A DNA stretch of 64,000 nucleotides. Origin: Antedon mediterranea. Taxonomy: Eukaryota; Animalia; Echinodermata. A model generated the notes under the pieces. That model was given only the letters and a program-made list of their open reading frames with translations, was not told the origin of the DNA and did not search any database. Shown here one piece after another: positions 14,300-27,646 of this stretch (positions are counted from its first letter, which is position 1; every line of letters starts with the position of its first letter). The position numbers and the translations under genes were made by a program. The stretch covers positions 7,750,001 to 7,814,000 of the forward strand of contig NC_092673.1 of the NCBI RefSeq assembly GCF_964355755.1, read 5' to 3'.

Positions 14300-14545
14300 T
14301 AATAATGATGGCTGTGTGTGTGCTAGTACATCAGAGTAACCCCCTACTTGTCTCGAAAGATGATTTATATTGTTATCTTATATATTAATTCCTTATCCAA
14401 CTTGTCCACCAGAACCATGGAGTGAGTGAGCCATGGAGCGAGTGAGCCTTGAACCCTTGTCCACCAGAACCATGGAGCGAGTGAGCCTTGAACCCTTGCC
14501 GATACTATGACATACGTATTACGGTTCTATTGTCGGCCACTCACT
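14300..14545 (-). mobile_element. Old SINE with Deu/Nin-like domain and internal tandem duplications
   Basis: Minus strand reads agtggccgac...gggttcaaggctcactcgctccatggttctggtggacaag (duplicated)...ctttcgagacaagtagggggttactctgatgtact. Confidence 0.6.
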
Positions 14546-15750
14546 CAAATTTAATTAAAACATATTTCATGTATAGTTTACAGGCACAGAGAAAGTCTAA
14601 CCATTCTGTAATATACCAGAAATTAGTTTTATTTAATTTTATAAATGGCCAGGATGACAAAATCTGTGGGACTGAAAAAAATCTGCGTTGATAAGCAGAC
14701 ATACCATTCCATTAGACCTCTGTGGCTTTAGAAATATCTAAATAAACAAAATAGATAGAAAATAAAGCATACAATACAAATGCTAAATAAAAAATAAAAA
14801 GTACCACCACAGAGAGATATGAAGAATTATTCTTGTTATGGCAAGCAAAATTAAGATGTTTTGTAACATAAGTAAATTAAAATAATAAAAGGTTTGTTAA
14901 ATGCTGTATGAAATTAGGTTTTTAAATGTTTTCTAATATTAACAGAAAGTAATAGTAGTTGGAAATGTCGTTAAAATTGTAATAGTTTTGCAATAATGTA
15001 ATGATTCAACTTATTAACAGATTTAGCTATTGGTCACGCTCAACTTTGAATCCATGTACAGAGAAGCAGGTTGGCGCCTAGCTAACGCATAGTAAAGCAA
15101 GCTTACGCACGATAGTTTATGCCTCTTACTTTATAAACAGGTGCAGCAATTTAGGTCTACATTTTGCACATTCAACCCATTTTACAAAGTGAAACCTACT
15201 GTGTGTTAGCCCTAATCTTCTCAGTTGATATAAAATGTTGTGTTCATGTAAACCTTATCTGCTTAATTTGTTAGGGTTTACATGTTTTAACCATTCATGC
15301 TTATTTTGTACCGAGTTTAATTTTATCAATTTGTTGTGTTGTATATCAGGGAAGAGTAAACTAATCAATTAATTTTACGCTTCCCTGGTATTATTATCTT
15401 TGTTTGATTTTAATTGAATGAATTAAAAATAAATAAGTTCTTTAGTTAGTATTAGTCTGAAATTAAAGGCACTCAATTTTAAATCTTTCTCCCAGTATTC
15501 CCTTTATCATTATTTATCGTATTCATTTATTTACAAACTCTGATCAACCGTTTATTTTTCTTCTTATGATAACGGTTTTCTTATGCATTCAGTAGTCATT
15601 TTCTGTTGTATATATACTGCTTTTTCATTTTAATTGAGAGATCATCATCAAAATGTAATGATAACCAGAATTTTAATTCATTTTTTACTTAATTATTATA
15701 TTTAACTTCATCGATAATTCATTTTAATAATTTTGTTTAACATTTAACAG

Positions 15751-15860
15751 AACTTCCTCTGATGGTGCATCCAAAATACCGCTAGATAATACAAATATTA
15801 CTATGCGAGAACTTTTGCAAAAAACACTGCGTCGAAGGAAGGGCATTGTACCAAAATCAG
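15751..15860 (+). CDS. MAPKAP1: MAPKAP1/SIN1 exon, Ras-binding region (110 nt, phase 2 to 1)
   Basis: ttaacag acceptor and cag|gtatt donor. TSSDGASKIPLDNTNITMRELLQKTLRRRKGIVPKSG resembles VDNTKVTMKEILLKAVKRRKG. Frame is consistent with the neighbouring exons. Confidence 0.93.
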
Positions 15861-16290
15861 GTATTATTTTCTTATTCTTACTTACGTATTAAAATTCACT
15901 TAAAATGTTTACAGTAATTTAATAATATTTATTCAATTCCATGGTTATTAAATAATTGGTAAATTTAACACGTATACATGTAATAGTGAGGATGGTATGA
16001 TGATGGTACTGATGCGCATTCATCCTTTCAGAAGGAACGATTGTTCTATTCAAAAAGGTGGATAACTATGTCTGTTGTACAGTAAAATCATATTTTTTAA
16101 TCCGCTGCTTCAATCTTGAATCCAATGTCAATTGCTTGCTTATAGATCTACTGGTGGGTTTCTAGTCGCACAATATTTATGTCTACAACATCACACAACA
16201 ATTAAACAAGCTGACCATGTAATAATAATAGTTAAAATGGGAGAAGATAAATGGACGGCACATGATCCAAACATCCAATCAAAATGTACT

Positions 16291-16500
16291 GGAGCTGTAG
16301 CTTTGTGGTTAACATGCTTGCCTTCAAATCCCAGGGTCCAGGGTTCAATCCTGACCTACTGTAGTGCCAGGGGTGTAATTGACTTTTTCTGCTCCACTCC
16401 CTAAGCCTAAAATAAGCTTGATAAATTATATAGTAATTGTTTATTCATCCTGTAATTGGTGAGTTGCTCGCTGTGGGATGCTTATGCAATTTTTATTTTT
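16291..16500 (+). mobile_element. tRNA-derived SINE related to family A
   Basis: ggagctgtagctttgtggtta...gggttcaatcc head, shared ctccactccc motif, and a tail matching the reverse complement of 46338-46390. Confidence 0.75.
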
Positions 16501-19500
16501 TAAATGACAAGAATAAAATTGGGTATATAATGCGTGTTAAATTGCAGTTGTCGTCCCCATGTTTTGTTTCATAAACCCACTACTATTTCTAGATGGACTG
16601 TTACTCAATAACATGCTCATCCGACTATATATCTTATTATTTTTAAATAGTTTAAATACATTTGCAGCATGTTATTTGTTAGTTTAAAAATGTAAACAAA
16701 TACAATAAAATACATTTTTTATGACATGATGATAATATGATTGGATAAAAACAGTGAAAACCAGAAAATTCAATTCAAATTTACTATATTTAATGTGCAC
16801 TTTTTTTTTAATACTGCATATTAAATTTAGCAATAAAGTAACAAAATCATATTTTAGTGCAATTTTTATCAGAGACTTTATTCAATGAAACCATATACGT
16901 AAAATGATATTACTAATTGAAGCATACAAACGTCAGCGTGTCGAGTTAACATTTGAGCCTGGGGTGGTAGCCTCATCAATTTCATATCTATCAGAGTATC
17001 AATTAATCTTCATCCATAATTTACTTTGTTAGTTAACTTGGCTGTAGGCTTACTTTTCAGTAGAAGATAACAACTTGGCAGCACCATTGTCAAGATGATT
17101 TTGACGATGAGAACGAAAAACAAAGATCGATATAAAAATATAATTGCTCTTCTTATAACTTATTTGGCAGAAAGCTTGAGTCAATTCATTTTGTTGTTAT
17201 TGTTAAGAATAGTTGACAGTTCATTGGCTTTGTGAGTTCATCGGGGTTGAGTCGCCTTCCGTTTATGAGATGTTTTGTCGGGTAAAAAAAACTGGGATGT
17301 GAGCAAACTTTTACATCAAAATAGAGAATTAAATTAATATGTATATAATGGGAATTGAATGGTTTTAATTAATTTTCAATTCCACTGGGAATATGTATAT
17401 TGGTTCAAGGATCAGAGGGCAGGATGAGAGAGTCCCTGAGGACAATTAAGGGAATAATCATGGAAAATCTTGAGTTCCAAGGAAATACTCCTGTTGATAG
17501 CCTCTTCACAATTTTTTTTTCCACAAGAATTTAATTTTAAATAAATCAGATTAGTCACATAGGCCTTAAACATTTTACATTTATTTTTGGAAAGTCGTAT
17601 TTATGTCTAGCAGTAGTTTAAATCAAGGCTTTTCTAAATTATTAAATCACTTTTTTTTTTATTGGAACAAGTGAAAAATTACAATATAAGTTCAGATAAT
17701 ATATTCATAGACGTTTGGTTCAATATACTCATCCTCCTCTCTCGCTCCTGAGGACGATCAAAGAAACTCAAGGTGGTGTTCCACACAAACTTCATACCAA
17801 CATGCTTGCTTTTTGTAAACTTTAAGAATTTTATTGAATGCGCAATTGAAATCAAACCAGTATTGTGGATTCTCTATAAAGTAATTTATTTTACAATTGG
17901 TTTTAACTGTGCAATAATTTTAAATCATTCATTCCTTTTTTTTTTTCAGATTTTAGCAATTATGTTTTTTTGTAATTTTTAAAAACTGTGTAATGCAACT
18001 CATTTCAGCTTCTGCTGCCAATTTGCAATATGTTTCTTATAGTTATACCTGAATAAATAAATAACGGAGCTACTCTGCAGGTAAAGCCAGAGCAGCTCTT
18101 TTTTATGAGGCCGGAGTCTATAGAAATTGGATGTTAATGATCATAAATATAAATACTGTGAAGTATTTTAGCTTAATAATAATTGGTCAGTTGTATTTCC
18201 CTACTCTAAAAACATTAAATATTTTGCAATGACAAAAAAAAAGATTTTTTTTTTTTTATTGCAATCACAGTAAATAGTTTACAAAAATAGCATCCCACTC
18301 AAGTAAACTTGTACAGTTTACTAAATTTTCATGATGTAAAAAATATATCTTTACAATTTACATCAAAAGCAACTGCATTAAAACATTAGTATTTTGAAAT
18401 ACTTTGTTACACAAATATTTATAAGATTAATTGATAAGATGATCTAAAACAAGCAGTTGGGAAAAGGTCGTTTTAGATTTTAGAAGCGGAAATAACTTAA
18501 CCTTCTGCCTGCAATATTGCATCTTTGTAACTCAAGCCTAACCTGTGCTATATCAACGCAAATGAATCTTCTGCCTGGCCTGCTGTTGCTTAGCAATGGT
18601 AACCTTCCCATCATGCAAGTATGGTACTGTTGATTTAACTGAACATTGTGGAGTAAATAAAAGAGCAGGTTTTCATTGATATGTTATTGTTGAAGCTCTG
18701 GAAGCCAGTAAGGCACACAAACAAATTAATCTTCTGTTTATAATGAAGTCTACCATTTACCACAGACCTTTGTTAACTTTGCTCAAAATAGTAGAAAAGT
18801 TTATGTTATGATTGAAAGCAATGAACAAAGTCAAGAAGGCAGCAGTTATTAAAAGTTGTTTCTAAAAAAAGCTGGTGCCAGACATTTTAAATTTAAAGTG
18901 ATTGGTAGTAAACATGAATGGGGCAGTGGAATGGGGTGTACAGTACTGCTTTTATATTAAATATTACATTCTTTTTATATAATAAATTATTATTTGAGAC
19001 TACAGAATAAACTTTTTTTTCAAACATTGAGTTGTGAAACAGAACGAACATTTTTTTTTTCAAATTATGTACAAGATATTGACCTAGGCTTTAATATATC
19101 ATAATTATTTATATCTACTTACAACACAAAGTAAAGTTACAGTATACAAATTGTATTATCCTTAGATAATATAATTCACTCTCATTGCCACATCCTTGTG
19201 ATGAGACGTAAAGATGTTGGTTAATAAAGACATGGTACACTAATATATTGTACCAGTATCATGGTAGGCGCTGCAATGTGGCTGCCATGGGTCCATAGAG
19301 GAACTGATTTGAATATGAGTATGATTAATACTACATTTTTTACATAAATTTATCTTAATTATTATTGTATAAAAAAAACTTAAAAGCAATGTACTTTGGT
19401 GAATTATTTTATAAATGAAATATATAAACTTCTATTAACTTAGTTGAAAGCGAATCCAAGGATTTTGTTATGGAAATGATTAGAAGAAATATTAAATAAT

Positions 19501-21603
19501 TTAGCCTTAGGTAATAAAAGCACTATTGTTGGGATAGAGAACATCATTCTATATTATATTGCCTAAGGGATGATTCTCGCAGACTTCCTCTGCAACATGA
19601 GATGTAATTCCATCTTCCTTACATTATAATTAAGTACTTATTACTGACATGCTTGAACCTGTGTTACATAATAGTAATGTACTATTAGTCGTTCATTTTC
19701 ACTACTAAATATCATCCTTCAAATACTTCATTTGGAAGTCTACCAAAGAGGCTTTGATGGAGTTAATTTAATAAATTACTACAAAATGCAACTTTGTCAA
19801 CTTTTCCTTACACTCACGGAAATTCAGAACTTATTTTGCTTCAGTTAAGATAGTTTAAGAGATTAAGTAAAAAAACTGTTATCCAAACTAATAACACCAG
19901 TACTTTTTAATCTTATCTTATCGACCAAAATGAAAGCAGTGCCTTTTCACAATGACCTAGCCTCCCAAATTAATAAAATGTGAATGCAGTGCATTAATTG
20001 AATACAAGTTTATGGAGAGGATAATTTTATGAATTGAAAGATCAACTGTTGTATTACATGGCTCCGCCTTATATAGTCCATTCAATCTTTTACAGTAACT
20101 TATGACAATATTTTTCCCATTCCACTCATAAACATTATTTATTATACCACGTTAAACAATACATTTGAACATTGATTCCTATTTGGTGTGCCATTCATAA
20201 TTTCAGGTTTGTTTCTGTATGACTCGTTTAAACAATGCTTTCTCACCTGTTTTTTGATTTCCAATTACGTGCACCTTTTTTCGTACACCTGCGGTTCTTA
20301 TACGTTCTTACCTTTCCTATAACATGCCTAATTGTGTTTGTACACTTAGCACAGCTGGGCACATAGCCTTTAGCCACGTATTTTTGCTTGGGAAACAGCA
20401 AGTCCAAGGATTTTTAACTCATTTGTATCAAACTTAATAGGAGTTAATTTACTTTAAATGCCACGAAATGTATTCATTTTTCTATCTTTATTTCTTTCTA
20501 TATAATAAATGAGATTATTTGTAGTATTAAAGAATATTTAACTACACTATTATGCATGGTAATTTGTATTAAAGCATTTAGCAACCTGGGGATAAGTGCA
20601 ACCGTGAGTATAAGTGCAACCCTGGGTATAAAGCAACCCAAAAATGTTCATTCAAAAAATGGTAAATGTGGCTTTTACTAACTAAGCTATAAAATATTAT
20701 GTTGCAGTAATTTTTGGTAATTCATTCAATTATTAAACATATTAATTATGTCTTTATCTATTAAGCTACAAAAAGACAAAAATTAAATTAAATTACAGTA
20801 GTGACTTTACACTACCTTACAACATATAAATTATACTATATATATGTTGTTTGTTTCTATTGTTCCTAATGAGAAATTTCAATCTTCAAAATCCCTTTAA
20901 TTCCTTGAGCTTTTTGATAGTTTCTGTATTTTGTGAAGTGAAAAAGTGCACAACCAATCAGAACTCAGGAAATTCGTTCAGGAGCGCTCATGTGAATCGA
21001 AAAGCTCAGCAGATATGCGATGGAAATGAAGATCGCACATTGTTTGTAAAGAGTAGCGCTATTTTTTTTCTCTGCAAACTTAGGGGAAAGTGGCTTTAAG
21101 AACTTTAAAATATACACACAATTTTCCCTTTTTTTAAGAGAAAGTACATTTTTAAATGATCTATTAGTGAAGCAAATAAACCTTCAATGTATTATAAATG
21201 GAAATGAAGTGATTACAGTTTCCTATTGAACTTAGCTTCTTTTCCCGCTCGCATCCTTTATGAAAATAAATGGCATAATTAAATTAAGATCATAGCCATT
21301 TGATTATTTTAGTACGAGACAGAAAGTCATGAATATAACATTAAAAGTCTGAATGTACAGTTAAATGTTTGTACAAAAAAAATATTTGCACAAATAATCT
21401 AATTCACAATTCTCAGTTATCAATATAATTTGAAAAGCAATGTGTGTTTAATTTTTCCTTATGTGTATCACATTAAGACATGGGTACTGTATGTCAACGG
21501 TTTTCTGCCAGTTACTTGGCTAATAGTATAAACCCTTGGTTCGAACCTTATTGGATCCGACGCTTAGTTTATTTTTGAATAGAATATATAGTTTCAGTTA
21601 GTT

Positions 21604-21826
21604 GTGGAGTTGTGGCTTGGTGGTTATGATGCTTGTCTACCACTCCAAGGGTCCTGGGTTCAAGTCCCGTCACATGTCAGGATTTTTTCTAAGGACCAAA
21701 TTACTCCACTCCCAAAGACTTGTAATAAGACTTTGTTTATGTAGAGCATCTTGTGTATGTTTGTCTTGTGAACCTCTGAGGGTCCCTAATGATCAGCAAT
21801 AGCGGGATGGACCACCCTCATTAAAT
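21604..21826 (+). mobile_element. tRNA-derived SINE, family A
   Basis: Pol III box A TGGCTTGGTGG and box B GGTTCAAGTCC. Body shared with copies at 46312-46603 (-) and 61809-62009 (-). Confidence 0.9.
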
Positions 21827-21974
21827 ATGGTTAGAAACATCAGTTATCTTGCAAACTCTCAGATTTTCAAAGTAAAATGTAGAATAAGAAAGATACGTAC
21901 ATTTCTTTCTTTTTTAGCAAATAAATTAATGATAGCAGATGATCAAATTTGTATATAGTATTTGGTATTGGTGA

Positions 21975-22394
21975 TTTATTTATATTTATTTATTAACAAT
22001 ATTTAACCAGGGTGGCCCAATCAGTCAAAAAGACTGGTCTCCCTTGGTGCCCTGGGTACAATAGTACATTTTAAACTAAAATAAAAAAATAACAGTAACA
22101 CAATAAAACTTAAACTACAGTAATGTTCAAGATTAATGTAAATAATTATGAATTTAGATAGAGTTAATACATTTAAATGTCTTGGTGTAGTTATTGATGA
22201 CCAGTTAACCTGGCATGACCATGTGAAATCTGTATCCAAGAAGGTATGGATACAGATTTCACATGGTCATGCCAGGTTAACTGGTCATCAATAACTACAC
22301 CAAGACATTTAAATGTATTAACTCTATCTAATTCATAATTATTTACATTAATCTTGAAATCATGATATAAAACAATTGGCATATTTAAGTACAC
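21975..22394 (-). mobile_element. Rearranged CR1/L2-group LINE fragment: RT piece, inverted duplication and 3' tail
   Basis: ELDRVNTFKCLGVVIDDQLTWHDHV is the KYLGVxIDxxLxWxxH motif of non-LTR RTs. Inverted repeat at 22126-22358. Stem-loop tail ending ccctggttaaata on the minus strand near 21975-22060. Confidence 0.8.
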
Positions 22395-24074
22395 CTTTGT
22401 GTTTTGTATTCAAATGTTAAACATTAATTAGTGTAAGTCCTAAATTGAATCCACCAAATTAGAGAAATCCACTATTTCTATAGAAATTTATTTTACTAAT
22501 GTTGTGGTATAATTAGCTTAATTTACAGATTTTGGTTCGATCAGCTTTTTATATTAAGAAATGGTTTTGAAAAATACTGAATTTTAAACATTTACAAAAA
22601 AAATTGAATAATTTTTTTTAAAATTAGAAATAATGTTATTAAATTACTTTATATTGATAGATAAAATTAAATTTAGTCTATTAATTATACGTGGATACAT
22701 CTTCATTTTTTATTATTCACAAATTAACTAAAGGATCTTAATGACCAATCAGAGGTTCTCAATGGACAATCATTACTTCACAAATCCCATGATTTGGGTG
22801 AGAAATATTTCCCTTGGGTTAGATCTCCCATGTAGTCATCTGCTAATATATTAGCCTGACAAAATAGCCAAAAGCACTTAAGTCAAAGGTCAAAGGGCTA
22901 TTGCCTTACAGAACATTAACCCTGTTAATGAGCTACTACAGTATTCCCTAGTGTCAAATTAATTATAACTTTCTTTCTCATCAGATTTTGAAATGTACTG
23001 GGGTTTAATTTAGACTATGGTACATTGATTGAATGATTGTTTTATCCTTTTTTAATTACAGCAGAATCCCTTTAAGGGGACACCTTGGGGACCAAACAAA
23101 GTTTCTTCATAATATATTTGTTTTTTTGTATGTATAAAACATTGCCTCTCCTTTGATTCATGGGAAAGTGGATTCTTAATTAGGTGTTTGCAAAAGGAAG
23201 GGTTCTAATTGCATCACTTCATGAATTAATTCTTTCTTGATGGTAAAATATCAATAATAATTTATATATAATGTATAATATTAATAATAATGTGTGCTGT
23301 ATTGTTTTCTATTCGAGATCCTGCTTTGTAAAATTATGTGATGAGTACGTTTTTTCTATGATAATTTCTACAGTATCAAAGTAACTTTTCATCAGTACCA
23401 AGTAAAATTGGTCAGATGTTTTGCCCTACTCTGATGTAATGAGCATTACAACATCATAAGCACATTTGTAATAAAAAGAATTAAAAAAATCTCATATGCA
23501 TCCTAAAGTTTGAAGGTCTAGTTTTAAAGCCAATATTTTAGCTTTAAAAACATATTTTTATGAATATTAATAAAATAACACTGCATTTTCTCACAGGTCA
23601 TCTTTCATTTTATGTTTCATAATAACTTGTCATTCTGTTTTTAATTTGCATCACCTTCTTTCCATTTGCAAGGTGTCGAACAGTCAAAATGTTTTCATGC
23701 CGATATTATTTGAAATTGACAGAAATTAAAATCTTTAATTTGCAAAAAAAAAAATGTAACAAAATAATTCAGCTGTTGTTTATCAAAGAGATGCCTTTAG
23801 CCAAGTTCTCATCAAATTTAAAGATGTCTTCAAATACATTTCCTGCTGATAGATTAAATTGACTAAATGACCAGGCCACATATATATCTACTGTACCCTA
23901 CAGAGTTTAATCATTCTGAGACATATAGTTTTATCTATTTCTATATTTTTTTTTAACTGAAAGGAAATGGGGTGGGGTGGGGGGGGGGGGAGGGGCATAA
24001 CAATCTGACTCATAACACTTTTCAACTAAGATGGTTGATATATAAATATGGTAATACAGTATACAAAATCCTTT

Positions 24075-24175
24075 AGCCTTGTCCACACTATACTTTATGT
24101 GACAACAAAATGTAATGCCATGTTTGGCACATCACACTTTTTTTGTTGAACTAGTTTGATAGTCTAGACAGAGCT
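24075..24175. mobile_element. Internally deleted copy of the 25837 MITE
   Basis: agccttgtccacactat...tttgatagtctagacagagct, sharing the internal ctttatgtg.caacaaaatgt. Confidence 0.75.
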
Positions 24176-25836
24176 TTATGCCCCCTTTTCCACATTTACA
24201 AAGTTTGGCTATATGAAGTTAACATAAGTCAATGACTACCAAAAGTCTGAAGAGAAGATCGTTATTTCAGAAGAAAAAAGGAACACAAATTAGAAATGTA
24301 AAAAAATTGTGTATACTGAAATTTACAAGCTAGTATCCAAAGTTGATATTCTTGTTTCACATTATTAGAGAACTTTTTACATACAACAATCTTGTACATC
24401 ATTCATCTGCAAGCCAATTCAATTAATATCTACTAGAAATTTAATTATAAATTTTATGAACTTGCTTTACAAAATTTTAAGAAATTTACAATCCGTTTGG
24501 AATTAAATGTTGGCTGTATCTTTTATCTGCTGACAAATAGACAAAAAAATTCAGATTACATTTTAACCAACAATACAAGGTAAAATTAAGAGTTCCTGTG
24601 AGGGATGATATTAAGAGAGTTAATGATGAGTGGGATTTGTTTAACACAATGCCAGTAGAGTTTACAATCATGTCTAAGGAACAGATTTGTTTCAGAACAG
24701 GTGGATAGAAGTTCATGTTTTAATAAACACAAAAATGAATGATAGAATAAAAAATGATTACATTTCTTTAAAATTGTTTTTAAAATGTATAGTGTTTGTA
24801 TTAAGATTTGATTAAAGGTTGGTCAAGATTTGTTATAAGTTTAGTTTTTCTATTTGAAATTATTATTTTTTGGTGAAACAAACACTTATTAAAATGGCTG
24901 TTTTTTCTTAATCAGTGCATTTGGTAACAAACAAACTTTCTGACCACAACATTGTAAATCTCACAATTGTTCTGAAATCTATGATAACCCACATCATGTA
25001 TTTTGTATTTATATCTCAATGCCAATTCCTTTATGAGCATGTGCAGATGTTAGTTATGCTCTAATGCTTTTGTTGTACACTCGGAAGTCTCCATTGATTG
25101 ATGCGTAATTAGTAAACCAAGGTACAAATTACACCTATGTAATGTAACAGTTTAATTAATTAAATGATGTTTGTGTAATTTTACAATAATAATTAATAGT
25201 AGTATTTAAAATTCTAAAAAATGTCACTACGAATAATTATCCAGGTGATAAATAACAATGGTATATTACATAAATGATTTAATTACACCTGTCATTAAAT
25301 CCCTACTGTACCTGATCTATAATTCCAAACAAATGATTTTGTGTTGTTTTTTAAGAAGTAGGAATGCTTTTTCATATTAGGCTGAGTGAAGCTGTGTTCA
25401 TGCACTAGAGTTTAAACTCTGTTTATGTGTGAACTATCATATTCTCCATTTTGTTAACAATATTATCATTGATGTACATCTGATGTAACTATAACTTTTT
25501 ATTTTATTTTTTTATTTTACCACATTAATACTTTTTTTCTGACAATGTTGAAGTAAAAAGAGCTTTAATTAAGTCCCCTTTTAACAATTTATGATATAAA
25601 GTCTTTTTCACTTGGCAATAAAATACAACCAAGAGTTCATGAACTTAATATATATTTAAAACTTCCGTTAACTTATGTGTATAACATGTATATATTAATT
25701 CTCAAACCCTCATAAAAAATGATAGTAAGAAGTTCGGAAGTCATATAACTGTATGTTTAATGTTTCTACTGGTAGTTTTTATAGTTTTTGTGAACAAAAA
25801 ATTTTTTGCTACAGAATGTATGTATATCTAGTATAA

Positions 25837-25999
25837 AGCTTTGTCTACACTATCAAACTTTATGTGGCAACAAAATGTGATGTGCCCATATATGGACATG
25901 ATGATGTTATATCAATTACCATATTTGGGCATATCGCCACCATCTTTGGAGAAATATCACACTTTTTTGTCAAACTAATTTGATAGTGTAGACAAAGCT
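25837..25999. mobile_element. PIF/Harbinger-like MITE (TAA TSD)
   Basis: Perfect 21-bp TIR agctttgtctacactatcaaa with TAA on both flanks. Decayed relatives at 24075-24175 and about 3865-3958. Confidence 0.9.
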
Positions 26000-26842
26000 T
26001 AAACATGATCAGTAGATTAATTTTTTGTTTATATAAGTAAATTCAACTTATTTATGGAACAATTATCAAAATAAAATTATTGAATTGATTATTGAATAAA
26101 ATGATGTTACTTGATTATCTTTCCATGTTTTATTTTATGAATGAAACAAAATTAAACAAAATATTGAGAAAGAAAACCATGTGTAAACAGTAAACAGTTA
26201 ATTGATTATAATGCAGACAATTATTTACTTAAAACAAAACAAAATGTTATAGCTGATTTTATAAATATATGTATTTTTGTTTCTCTTTTGTAGCGAATTC
26301 ACTAACTTGTATTTCTTTTTTAGTTTTTATCTTGATCAAATTATTTAAATTATATTCTGTACATAGTAAAATCTATTTTGAAAATCCTAAAATATAAATG
26401 AGTATTTTATTATTATTTTCATAAATTTTTTCTTTATTGTCTTTATTATAATATACTCTTCTTTGTCTTGACAATCATCAAATTCTCTGTATTTTTTTTT
26501 TTTTTGCCTCTTTTTTTTTTCAAATGTTTTTTTATGAAAAAAAAAAAGAAAAGAGAAATTGAAAACAAATTAAAATTGTTGTGATTGCTTATAATGTATT
26601 ATTGATGATTCATTGGTTAAAAAAGATAATAATATATCACTGGACAGATAAACAAATATGATATGGTGAAAATGACTCTTGGATATATTTATAGATTTTT
26701 CAAATCATTATTTTCTACTCATTTCCAACCATCAATCAGTGCATTGATAAATTGCCTATACCAAGTTCTATCAGTATATCGATTAAAACTATAATTAGAA
26801 GTTTCAGGGTTTTTGTTTGACTGTTTTAATTCTTCTTATCAG

Positions 26843-26950
26843 GTCCCCATTATACTTTGGAAAAAGAGAGTTCCCCAGGAGAGAAGGTTGATATGGATTC
26901 CTCCTTACAAGATATGAACACCCTGAACTTTGTATTAGTTAGAGAACATA
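26843..26950 (+). CDS. MAPKAP1: MAPKAP1/SIN1 exon (108 nt, phase 1 to 1)
   Basis: cttatcag acceptor and ata|gtaagt donor. GPHYTLEKESSPGEKVDMDSSLQDMNTLNFVLVREH resembles GPQYRLEK..VDLDSTL..FCLVREN. Confidence 0.95.
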
Positions 26951-27390
26951 GTAAGTAAATCCACATTACTTTTCAATTTACTTTTCATTATATTTCCTAT
27001 TATGCAACTCTCAAACTAATATTAACTTTCTTTGATTTGTATCTGTTGTGATTTGTAATTTTAACCTGTCTAAAATCCTTTTAACCCCTCATAATCACAA
27101 CTCTCTGGAGGCCTGCATTTTTACATTAAAACAATCAGTGACATTGAAAAGGAACATTATCTTTTTATATACATTTCTCAATGTTGGTCTTTGTTACAAG
27201 AGTTTGTCCATTCACATTAAAAATGTACCTTTTTTATACACTTTTCTCTTTGTTCCAAACAATTTTTTTTCAATCTCATTTTAAACAATTTATACAATTC
27301 TTGTGCAATTTTTGTTAATGCTCTTTAAAGGAATGGAAGATAGTAAATTGGTTTTTGGTTGTAGTAAATGAACTAAAAGTAATAGCTCAA

Positions 27391-27646
27391 AGATGTATTG
27401 ACCCCCTGAATATGCAATTTTAATGTTACATAATAGTTATTCTCTAAAACCAAAAATTGGTTTAAGAAAATATTTACCCTAAATTAATGTTTAAAGAAAA
27501 AATGGTCAAATTGGCTGTTAGACAATTTGTTTTGGTTGAATTTAATTTAACTTTGTCTTTTTATAAGTGAAAATATTGGATTTATTGGAATATTCAAAGT
27601 CTGATTTTATTAATCTTCATTTGTTTATGTTTTTGGGGGCAGTATA
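27391..27646. mobile_element. Degenerate copy of the 10669-11011 MITE
   Basis: Starts agatgtattgacccc. Shares attcaaagtctgatttt..ttaatcttcattt..atgttttggggg near its end. Confidence 0.7.

Noticed and set aside
18585-18597. RFX X-box-like GTTGCTTAGCAAT
   Set aside because: A single imperfect motif deep in an intron; not supportable alone.
21602-21802. Similar ORFs at 21602, 46390 and 16132 as a small gene family
   Set aside because: They are translations of tRNA-derived SINE copies.
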